A stretch of 64,000 nt of DNA from NCBI GenBank assembly GCA_964389975.1, contig CAYMGJ010000002.1:3109-67108 (forward strand), read 5' to 3'. The position numbers were made by a program, and so were the translations under genes. The notes beneath the pieces were generated by a model. That model was not told where the DNA came from. It ran no database searches and saw only the letters and a list, made by a program, of their open reading frames with translations. The DNA comes from an uncultured Candidatus Saccharibacteria bacterium. GTDB taxonomy: Bacteria > Patescibacteriota > Minisyncoccia > Phycocordibacterales > PALSA-1337. Positions within the stretch are counted from its first letter, which is position 1. Each line of letters opens with the position of its first letter. Shown piece by piece: positions 19,382-28,000 of the stretch.

Positions 19382-19930
19382 ATGAAGAAAGAAATTGAGG
19401 TAAAAGTGAAGGTGTCTGATATTGATTCAGTTATAAAGTCACTATCAAATCTGGGGTGCATTTTGAGTGAACCAGTTACTCAAAATGATGTTGTTTATAT
19501 AAACTATAATCGCCCATTTATCGATTTCAGAGAAGGGGATATATTTCTACGTATTAGGAAGACGCAAGGTAAGGTGATATTCACTCTTAAGAAGGGAGAG
19601 GAAATGAATTCTATAGAAAAAGAATTTTCCGTAGATGATGCACAACAACTTCATGACACCCTCACACTTCTTGGCTTTCGTCCTGAAGTTGAAGTGACAA
19701 AAATACGGAGGAAGACTTCATATAATAATTATGAAATTTGTATTGATGATGTTCCTGGGCTCGGTTTCTTTATTGAACTCGAAGAAATCACAGAAAATGA
19801 TGCTATTGTTACTCAAAATGCAATGATTAATTTTCTAAACTCTATCGGTATAGATACAAAAGATAGAGTTATGAATGGATATGACACGCTTACATGGCTC
19901 AAGAATAATCCAGGACATCCTGTGAATTGA
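19382..19930 (+). CDS. CYTH-domain protein (class IV adenylyl cyclase CyaB / triphosphate tunnel metalloenzyme fold)
   Basis: 182 aa; N-terminal EIEVKVKV (ExExK) motif, FLRIRK...GKVIFTLKKGEE, later LGFFIELEEI acidic strand; length and motif order typical of CyaB-like CYTH. Confidence 0.75.
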   Translation: MKKEIEVKVKVSDIDSVIKSLSNLGCILSEPVTQNDVVYINYNRPFIDFREGDIFLRIRKTQGKVIFTLKKGEEMNSIEKEFSVDDAQQLHDTLTLLGFRPEVEVTKIRRKTSYNNYEICIDDVPGLGFFIELEEITENDAIVTQNAMINFLNSIGIDTKDRVMNGYDTLTWLKNNPGHPVN

Positions 19931-19954
19931 TACAAAAGCTACATTTAAAATTCT

Positions 19955-20407
19955 ATGAATAATCGATTGCCACTTGAAATATTTGCTATATATCTTTCTC
20001 CATATTCAGCTCATGCCATTGAAGTAGATGGAAAGGTTTTTCCAACACTCGAACATGCATATCAATGTCAGAGGTATACAGATGACAGTATTATTGAAGA
20101 GATTCGCAAACAAAGGAGTCCTGTGTTGGCTTGGGAGACATCCTCAAGATATAAACACATACAGATTCCGGAATTCAAGAATGAAAATTATAAGTTAAAA
20201 GTTATGGAATATCTCATGCGTCTCAAGGCTTCGCAACATGAGGAGATACGAAAGATATTACGAGATTCAGGTAATATACCTATTGTAAAACATATCACCA
20301 CATATCCACCTGGTGATGGATTTTGGGATGATGGAGAAGATGGTACGGGTTTTAATCATATAGGAAAAATATGGATGAAAATTCGTGAAGAATTAAGAAA
20401 TAATTAA
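19955..20407 (+). CDS. NADAR-domain protein (YbiA-like; ADP-ribose/N-glycoside processing fold)
   Basis: 150 aa; EHAYQCQRY, LAWETS, KLKVMEYLMRLKASQHEEIRKILRDSGNIPIVKHI, DGFWDDGEDGTGFNHIGKIWMKIREEL match the NADAR (DUF1768) pattern (F-x-G-x-G-x-D-G-x-G-x-N-x-L-G). Confidence 0.7.
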   Translation: MNNRLPLEIFAIYLSPYSAHAIEVDGKVFPTLEHAYQCQRYTDDSIIEEIRKQRSPVLAWETSSRYKHIQIPEFKNENYKLKVMEYLMRLKASQHEEIRKILRDSGNIPIVKHITTYPPGDGFWDDGEDGTGFNHIGKIWMKIREELRNN

Positions 20408-20412
20408 AATCA

Positions 20413-20838
20413 ATGCAGTCAGACATAATTTCATATCTTAATAGTCAATCAGTTGGAGTTCTTGCTCTTGAGAGAGTAGATGGTGCTCCTCATGGAGCCA
20501 CACTTCACTATGTATATAGCCCATCTTTGAATGCGCTACTTTTTGAAACTCACAAAGACTCTCGTAAGGCAGAGTTATTGATATCAAAGAATACAGCCCG
20601 AGCATCATTTGTTGTGGGAACAGATGAATCAACCAAGATAACACTTCAGATAGATGGGAGTGTTCATATTCTCACTCAAGAAGAAAGGATAATCTTTGAA
20701 CAGGAGTATATTAGAAAGTTTCAGAAAAAAGCTGAGAAGATGAAGAGTGATGCTATTGTCTGTTTCAAGCTTGTTCCTCATTGGTGGAGATTTATCGATT
20801 GGTCATCTTCAGAGGGGAAGAAGGTGTTAACATCTTAA
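20413..20838 (+). CDS. Pyridoxamine 5'-phosphate oxidase-like FMN-binding split-barrel protein (general stress protein 26 family)
   Basis: 141 aa; size and pattern (GVLALERVDGAPHGATLHYV...) of PNPOx-like small FMN-binding proteins. Confidence 0.55.
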   Translation: MQSDIISYLNSQSVGVLALERVDGAPHGATLHYVYSPSLNALLFETHKDSRKAELLISKNTARASFVVGTDESTKITLQIDGSVHILTQEERIIFEQEYIRKFQKKAEKMKSDAIVCFKLVPHWWRFIDWSSSEGKKVLTS

Positions 20839-20864
20839 CCATGTATATTTGATATACTATAGCA

Positions 20865-21029
20865 ATGGACTCAAAACAACTCATATGGATAGGTATGATT
20901 GTTGGATCAGGAATCGGAGGATTTATCCCCGTGTTGTGGGGTGATGGAATGTTCTCCTTCTCTTCAATTATCTTCTCTGCACTTGGTGGCATTCTCGGTA
21001 TTTATGGAGCTTTTAAATTAACACGATAA
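20865..21029 (+). CDS. Small Gly-rich membrane peptide (54 aa), hypothetical
   Basis: ORF below the 60-aa track threshold: MDSKQLIWIGMIVGSGIGGFIPVLWGDGMFSFSSIIFSALGGILGIYGAFKLTR; its TAA overlaps the ATG of tspO (TAATG). Confidence 0.35.
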   Translation: MDSKQLIWIGMIVGSGIGGFIPVLWGDGMFSFSSIIFSALGGILGIYGAFKLTR

Positions 21030-21424
21030 TGCAATCATACTCATGGTATCAATCTTTACTTAAACCAAGTTGGGCACCACCCTCATGGATTTTCGGTCCT
21101 GTATGGACTGTCCTCTATGTACTCATAGCTCTATCGTATGGATATGTGGGGTATCTTTTCTTCACTAAGAGAATACCTTTCATTGTCATTCTTCCATTCA
21201 TTCTCAATATCATTTTTAATGTAATATTTACCCCCATTCAGTTTGGTCTCAAGAATAATATACTCGCAGCAGTCGATATTATATGTGTTCTCGGAACACT
21301 CATATGGGCAGTTATCGCTATATATCCGTATGCACGATGGGTGTCATATATCAATATTCCATATCTTCTCTGGGTTTGTTTTGCAACTGTGTTGCAAGTA
21401 ACCGTTACCTCTATGAATCGATAG
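21029..21424 (+). CDS. tspO: TspO/MBR family tryptophan-rich sensory protein (short form)
   Basis: 131 aa; hallmark WYQSLLKPSWAPPSWIFGPVWTVLY N-terminus and 4-5 TM helices; shorter than typical (about 155 aa). Confidence 0.8.
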   Translation: MQSYSWYQSLLKPSWAPPSWIFGPVWTVLYVLIALSYGYVGYLFFTKRIPFIVILPFILNIIFNVIFTPIQFGLKNNILAAVDIICVLGTLIWAVIAIYPYARWVSYINIPYLLWVCFATVLQVTVTSMNR

Positions 21425-21466
21425 AGATTGACTCAAATCTCTTTCACGCTAGTATATAGTTAGACT

Positions 21467-22615
21467 TTGAAAATTAAAGAAAGGTATTCTATGAACATAC
21501 AGCCGCATTCAATTATCGGTTTACCTGGTCATGTAAAAATCGCCACTCTTACAGGTGGTCCGTGTGGTGGTAAGACGGGTGCACTTGCACATCTACGAGA
21601 TCGGTTCTCTTCTCGGGGGTATCGAGTGTTTGTTGCTCCAGAATCTGCAACATCTATTGTGCAACAGGGTATGAGTCGAAATGTGGTGGGAGGTCGCAAG
21701 TTTCAACACCTCATTGTCAGAGATACATTGTTTAGACAATCTGAAATCGTTAATACTGCATGTTCATCTTCCCAGAAAACTCTCATTCTTTTTGATCGAG
21801 GGATTCCTGATGGAAGAGCGTATATTGAAGAGGGGGATTATGTAGACATCCTCACTCATTATGGTCTGACGCATCATCAGGTGTGTCACGAGAATTGTCA
21901 CGGTGTTTTTCATCTTCGTACCACCGCACACGGTGCGGAGAGTTTCTATACCCTGATGAACAATCAGGCTCGTACTGAAACACCCGAACAAGCTCGGGAG
22001 CTTGATGGAAAAACTCTCGATGCATGGAGAGCACACCCTCACGTGAGAGTGTTTGATAACAACACAACGTTTGAGGGGAAGCTTCATCGAGTGTACGCCG
22101 AAATCTGTTCTCTCATCGGTGACCCTCTTCCGCTCGAGTGTGAACGGAAATTTCTCATTTCTGACTTCAGTATTAGGGACATACCTGTGCCATGTGCTGA
22201 AAGTCATATCGTTCAAGACTATCTCGTATCATCTTCGATTCAGAGTGAGATGCGTGTACGTGCACGAACTGACAGGTTTGGAACTTCGTATTATTTCACG
22301 ACAAAAACTCCTATTAGTACAGGAGTTCGTATTGAACAAGATCGACTCATCTCTGGGGCAGAGTACAGGGCACTTCTTGCCTTAAGAAATTTAGAAACAC
22401 ACACAATTAAGAAAAAGAGAATTTGTTTTTTCTATGATGAGCAGTTGTGGGAAATCGATATCTATGGTGATCATCATCGTGGTTTAGTCACCATGGAAAT
22501 CGAACTCTCCGACCGTAATTCACAATTCAAGATTCCTGATTTTTTCAACAGTGTAATCGAAGTTACTGGAAACAAAGAGTATTCGAATGCATGGCTTGCT
22601 GGATTGAGGAATTGA
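21467..22615 (+). CDS. Fusion protein: NadR/RNK-like P-loop nucleoside kinase domain (AAA_28-type) plus C-terminal CYTH domain
   Basis: 382 aa; Walker A GGPCGGKTG, DRGIPDGRAY; C-terminal ERKFLISDF (ExKF) ... TMEIELSD ... EVTG pattern of a CYTH triphosphate tunnel; GC-richer than flanks. Confidence 0.6.
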   Translation: MKIKERYSMNIQPHSIIGLPGHVKIATLTGGPCGGKTGALAHLRDRFSSRGYRVFVAPESATSIVQQGMSRNVVGGRKFQHLIVRDTLFRQSEIVNTACSSSQKTLILFDRGIPDGRAYIEEGDYVDILTHYGLTHHQVCHENCHGVFHLRTTAHGAESFYTLMNNQARTETPEQARELDGKTLDAWRAHPHVRVFDNNTTFEGKLHRVYAEICSLIGDPLPLECERKFLISDFSIRDIPVPCAESHIVQDYLVSSSIQSEMRVRARTDRFGTSYYFTTKTPISTGVRIEQDRLISGAEYRALLALRNLETHTIKKKRICFFYDEQLWEIDIYGDHHRGLVTMEIELSDRNSQFKIPDFFNSVIEVTGNKEYSNAWLAGLRN

Positions 22616-22685
22616 TTCACAGAAGCTCGGGGAGAAAATCCCCCAGCTTCTTTTTTTTGTGATAGAATGGTGGGGAATTTTAATT

Positions 22686-23033
22686 ATGAAGACATACACA
22701 ACTATCGATGAGTACATTCTGTCTTTTTCAGATGGGGTACAAAATACATTACAACAATTACGGAAGACAATTCATGCAATCGCTCCTGAAGCCGTAGAAG
22801 ATATTAAGTATGGAATTCCAACTTTTGTACTGAAGGGTAATCTCGTTCATTTTGGCGCCTATGAAAAACATATTGGTTTCTATCCAACTCCATCTGGTGT
22901 CGCTGCATTTAAGAAGGAGATTTTAAATTACAAACATTCAAAGGGTGCTATTCAATTTCCTCTTGATGAACCACTTCCTCTTGATCTCATTCGGAAAATT
23001 GTTGCATTTCGTGTGAAAGAAAATCTAGCTTGA
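22686..23033 (+). CDS. DUF1801 (YdhG-like) domain protein
   Basis: About 115 aa from MKTYTTIDEY; pattern IKYGIPTF...HFGAYEKHIGFYP typical of DUF1801; track ORF begins 27 nt earlier. Confidence 0.55.
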   Translation: MKTYTTIDEYILSFSDGVQNTLQQLRKTIHAIAPEAVEDIKYGIPTFVLKGNLVHFGAYEKHIGFYPTPSGVAAFKKEILNYKHSKGAIQFPLDEPLPLDLIRKIVAFRVKENLA

Positions 23034-23061
23034 ATAAAAAAGATAGTATATACTTAATTAC

Positions 23062-23187
23062 ATGGCAAAAAGAAAAAGTGCAATCACAAAATCATCCCGA
23101 TCTCGCAAGACAGCAAAACGACGTGCAATTAAGCATGCGTTTCTAAAAGCAAAAGCTGCAAAGCGCGGTAAGAAGGGAAAGAAATAG
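23062..23187 (+). CDS. Small highly basic peptide (41 aa), hypothetical
   Basis: MAKRKSAITKSSRSRKTAKRRAIKHAFLKAKAAKRGKKGKK; below track threshold; followed by a terminator hairpin. Confidence 0.25.
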   Translation: MAKRKSAITKSSRSRKTAKRRAIKHAFLKAKAAKRGKKGKK

Positions 23188-23199
23188 TGTACAAAGAAA

Positions 23200-23223
23200 A
23201 AACAGTCACGAGACTGTTTTTTC
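23200..23223. terminator. Bidirectional hairpin terminator between convergent genes
   Basis: AAACAGTC-ACGA-GACTGTTT flanked by A-run and T-run. Confidence 0.55.
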
Positions 23224-23225
23224 TT

Positions 23226-24491
23226 TTACTGACCCGCAGACATCCCTGCAATATATCCTGTTGTCCAACACAACTGAAGACTATATCCTCCTGATGGTCT
23301 ATCTATGTTGAGAACATCTCCACTTACATAAAGATTATGTATCTTCTTTGATTGCATGGTTTTGAAATCAATCTCATTTAAATCAATTCCTCCAGAAGAT
23401 ACCACTGCTTTATCCGATCCGAGAAGTCCGCTAATTTGAAGTGGAATGCCTTTAAGTGAATCTATGAGCCTCATTCGTTCTTCACGAGTTATACTATTGT
23501 TATTCTTCTCTCCATCAATACGTGCAAAGCCAAGTGATATTTCAACAAGTCGATGGGGAATGAGAGAATCAAGTGAGTTTTTTATCTTCTTCTTGTCATC
23601 TTTTTTAAAGAGTTCTTGTAGTGTTGTATTTAACATTCCATGATCGAGATGGGGTAGAAGATCGATTCTCATCTCCACATCTCCATATTTAAGGAGTTCC
23701 CCAATATCCTTACTCATATTCAATACCGTCGGTCCACTTATCCCAAAATGAGTAAAGAGAATCTTACCCTTATGTGATTCTTGTTTCTGATTGTTTTGAT
23801 ATGTTGTAAGTTTTACATTGGTCAATGCAAGTCCCTTCAAGTTTTTTGCCCATCCATCTCGGGTGGCGAGTGGCACAAGAGCATCATTGGTAGGGATGAC
23901 GGTATGGCCCATATCTTTAAACCAATTAAAACCTTCTCCTGTTGATCCTGTTTCAGGTCGTGATGTTCCTCCTGTTGCTATGATATATTTTTTTCCTCGT
24001 ATAACTTTCTTGTTTTTAAGAACAATACCTTGTATTTCTTGTTTTGTGTGTTCAATACGAAGAACAGGGGAATCGGTAAGTATTTCAACACCTCCTTCTT
24101 TCATATATGATACAAGTACATCCCATACTGATTGAGATGAGTTACTTACGGGAAAAACTCTCTTTTCCGCTTCAACTTTTGTTGGCATACCACGTGAGTT
24201 GAAGAAGGTAAGTGTGTCTTTCACATTAAACTGAGAGAATGCTGAAAAAAGATATTTGTCACTCTCTTTATATTTTTTGAGAAAAACACGGACATCCTCT
24301 TCGGCATTGGTAACATTACAACGTCCACCACCCGTGATGAGGAGCTTCACACCAAGACTAGGATTTTTCTCTATGAGTATGACTTTCCCTTTGCCATGCA
24401 GTGCATGTGCAGCTGTACCCGCCGCCATCATGCCAGCAGGTCCTCCTCCTACAACAACAACATCATATTCAGGGATATCCATATATCTCAT
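23226..24491 (-). CDS. HI0933/YhiN-family FAD-dependent flavoprotein (BaiN-like)
   Basis: About 421 aa from MRYMDIPEYDVVVVGGGPAGMMAAG (Rossmann GxGxxG), ...ITGGGRCNVTN...; the track ORF extends 63 codons upstream with no sequence support. Confidence 0.85.
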   Translation of the reverse strand: MRYMDIPEYDVVVVGGGPAGMMAAGTAAHALHGKGKVILIEKNPSLGVKLLITGGGRCNVTNAEEDVRVFLKKYKESDKYLFSAFSQFNVKDTLTFFNSRGMPTKVEAEKRVFPVSNSSQSVWDVLVSYMKEGGVEILTDSPVLRIEHTKQEIQGIVLKNKKVIRGKKYIIATGGTSRPETGSTGEGFNWFKDMGHTVIPTNDALVPLATRDGWAKNLKGLALTNVKLTTYQNNQKQESHKGKILFTHFGISGPTVLNMSKDIGELLKYGDVEMRIDLLPHLDHGMLNTTLQELFKKDDKKKIKNSLDSLIPHRLVEISLGFARIDGEKNNNSITREERMRLIDSLKGIPLQISGLLGSDKAVVSSGGIDLNEIDFKTMQSKKIHNLYVSGDVLNIDRPSGGYSLQLCWTTGYIAGMSAGQ

Positions 24492-24513
24492 TTTACCATG
24501 AATACGATATACT

Positions 24514-25023
24514 ATGAGTATGAAAAAGGTAATGGTCAATGACATGATGCAAAGTGGGTATGAATATGAGCTCACTGAGCCTATGGGAAAAAACTTTGAT
24601 TCTGAGTTCAATCCTGAACTTACCCCACAAGAGATGCTGGAACTCGGAGTCTTCGGTGGCAAGTATATGACCGATTGCAAAGATGAATTTCCTTCAGATT
24701 GGTTTACTCATGCAAAGCTCTGTCATGAGAAGCATGATGCCCAACTCAATCTCTTTGGTGCCAATGCAAGTCAGCCACTCTCAATATGGAAAGCAAAGGG
24801 ATGGATTTACAAAGATGATCCTCGTGGATGGTTTCAATGGTATTGTCGCTACTATATGGGACGACGTATACCAGAAGAAGATACACGACAAATACAGAGA
24901 TGGAAAGCTATACGAAGACATATTGTGCAGGTGAAAAACAATTGCAGGGAAGGAGATATTTTCTGTAGGGCACGTCAACGTCAGGCGATTCTTCACTGGG
25001 CATATGATAGCAGGAGGATATAG
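24514..25023 (+). CDS. Hypothetical Trp/Tyr/Arg-rich protein (conserved-looking, unassigned)
   Basis: 169 aa; motifs ELGVFGGKYM, RGWFQWYCRYYMGRR, RWKAIRRH; divergent from the flavoprotein gene with a 22-nt spacer; GC-richer. Confidence 0.45.
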   Translation: MSMKKVMVNDMMQSGYEYELTEPMGKNFDSEFNPELTPQEMLELGVFGGKYMTDCKDEFPSDWFTHAKLCHEKHDAQLNLFGANASQPLSIWKAKGWIYKDDPRGWFQWYCRYYMGRRIPEEDTRQIQRWKAIRRHIVQVKNNCREGDIFCRARQRQAILHWAYDSRRI

Positions 25024-25052
25024 GGGAATGTTGATAAACTGAATATCAAAGG

Positions 25053-28000
25053 ATGCTAATATATACACATATGCATCCCCGTCAAACAATTCTTGGTCTC
25101 TTTCTCAGTGTTGCTCTCGTATCGGTATTCATATATACAAGTATTAATCTCCTTGAACCATCTCTTGTTCAGCCTACATCTCAGCCTGCAGCAGTTTCAG
25201 ATTTCAACTCATCCCTCATTGCCCACTACACTTTCGATGATGGAACAGCAACTGATGCAACGGGGTCACATGCAGGAACAGTTTCAGGAGCTACAGCAAC
25301 AGAAGGAAAGATTGGTGGAGCACTTGCTTTTGATGGTGCAACTAACTATGTAGATCTTGGTGACATGACTGCAGTGGAAGGGCAAAGTGCTCTTTCAGTA
25401 TCTATGTGGGTAAAGAACAATGCTTCTGCTAATGTTTCAGGAGGGGATACTATGATATCCAAGGAAGGTTCAGGAGCTGATACTCTCTCCTTGTCATGGG
25501 CTCAAAATGAAGACGTATCATTTTGTCTTGTAGGTAGTACATCAGGTGTGAGTTGTGGTGGAGCAGATACCGCAACCGCATCATATGTTGATGGTATTCC
25601 CGAGGGAAGTGGTACTAATTGGAATCACATTGTTGGAGTTCTCGATTCTGGTACAGTTAAAGTATATGTAAATGGTATTCAAGGGGGAGTGGCAGGAACT
25701 CTTTCTTCCCCTACTCAAAACAGTGTTCATTCTCTTAAAATTGGTTCCACATGGGCAGGCTCCATCGACGATGTCCGTATCTACAACAAAGCACTATCTA
25801 CTCAAGAAATTGCAGATCTCTATGCACTTGGTGGAGGAGTGGTAGGTCAAGCACCACCACCTCCCGTTACACCACCAACAGATCCTGCTACCCCTCCTGT
25901 TACACCACCAGTTACCCCACCCACCACTCCTCCTGTACAAGAAGTGAGTGTACGAAGTACTGCTCCATCTCCTGTATCATGGACTCCTCCCATTGGTATT
26001 CCTGAACCTCCATTTGGTATTCGTGAATCTCACTATATGTATCAATTAGGTACCAATGAAACTTGTACTACTACTCCTCACAAATGCTATGACTTCGGCT
26101 CAGGTCTTGAACCATATCGTGATGCTGGTGCTGGGCCATATACTCATTATATTGATCCAAGCTCTCCTTCATGTACCAATACTTCAAATCCCTATGGAAC
26201 GAAGACAAAGCCGAGGTGTGGAATACCTGCTATGACAAGTATTGTTCCTGGGTCTGTTGTTGAATTACATGGAACGTATGACAGGACAAATGCGGGGAAT
26301 CTCTGGACATTCACTGTTCATGGTACTTTAGAGAAACCAATTTTTGTTCGTGGAGAATCTCAGCAAAACAAAGTTGCCATTACAAATATACCTTTACGAG
26401 TCAGATCTTCATATACCATTTTCGAGAATCTCCATATGATAACGGGTAAGGTTGATATTCGTGCTGCAGATGCTGTAGAAAATGTCTCATATGTTTCTCT
26501 ACGACATTCTGATCTTACCAATGAATCGTCAACGGGTGTTAATGGGTATACTAATAACGCTTCAAAGTATGTAGTCTTCTTTGACAACAAGGTGTATACG
26601 GATAACTTTGATCTTAATGGCCCTGAATTTCCTGAACGTGATGTCCATGGAATTGGTTTTGCTGCATACGCAGAAAATGTATGGATTGTGGACAATGATA
26701 TTCGAGGAATGTCAGGTGATGCCATTGGTAATGGTCATGGGGGACAATATACAGTGAAGAATTTCTATATCGGACGAAATCTTCTCCATGATACTGGAGA
26801 AAATGCCGTTGACCTCAAAGAGGTTGAAAACTTTGTTGTGTCTCAAAACAAAATGTATAACTTTAAAGGCCTTTCATCAGGATCTGATGGTGGTGCTGTC
26901 GTTATCCACTACGGGCCAGCTGTTTCTCCCAAGAATGCATGGTTTCTCTTCAATGAGATATATAATGCAACGGATGTCGGAATTCAAGTGGGTGGAGATC
27001 AGGTCTATGATTCATTTTTCATAGGTAATATTGTTCACGATATTCATAATTCATCACTTACTGGTCTTGCATTCACAACGTGGAATAGTTGTACGATGTA
27101 TTTTGTCCATAATGTTTTCTACAACAATGATAACGGAGTGAAGGCCATGAGTTCTGGAGGCTGTACTAAGCTCATTTTTCAAAACAATATTGTATCGAAT
27201 TTCCAGAACCCAAATCCTATGGCATTTTCAATGACAAACAATGCTACTTTCCTCGCTGTCTCAAAGGTATCAAACAATATCTTCTATCAACCAGGAAAGA
27301 CCTTAAATGTAGTTTGTACTGGTTGCCTCGAATCTAACCCTCTCTTCAACAACCCTTCTTCAAATGATTTCTCACTACAATCAGGATCACCTGCAATCAA
27401 TACTGCTGACAATACGATTATGGAAGACCTCGCTTCCCGTTTCTATACATCCTATGGTATTGATATACGTAAAGATTTTCTAGGAAACAATCGAAGAGCA
27501 AATACACCATGGGATATTGGTGCATATGAATATGGAGCAACGGGTGGAACTCAACCACCTCCAGCTGTTGTTGTTCAACCAACAGACACCCTTCCTCCAA
27601 GTCCAGCAGGAATGGCTGTAACAAACATCACTTCAAACAGTGCTACTGTTTCGTGGAATACCTCTGAGGCAGGTACAACCCAAGTTGAATATGGCCTCAC
27701 TACTGCATATGGTAATACTACAACTCGAGTTTCAACATATACAACATCTCACACACAGAATCTCTCAAATCTCCAAGGGAATACCCTCTACCACTATCGT
27801 GTAATATCTCTCGATCAAGCAGGGAATGTAGGTATTTCTCCTGATCAAACCTTCACCACCCTTACCTCAACAGACAATGATGGTGATGGTGTGCTCAATG
27901 CAGTTGATCGATGTCCACTTACACCTTCTTCATTGAGAACTATGGTTAATACCTATGGATGTCCTCTTCCTCGCACTACTCGATTCACTCTTTCTCTTAA

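Noticed and set aside
23226-24680. Long N-terminal extension of the flavoprotein ORF (track start 24680)
   Set aside because: The Rossmann FAD motif begins right after MRYMDIPEYDVVVVGGG. The upstream 63 codons are hydrophobic junk overlapping the divergent promoter region. The start is reassigned to 24491.
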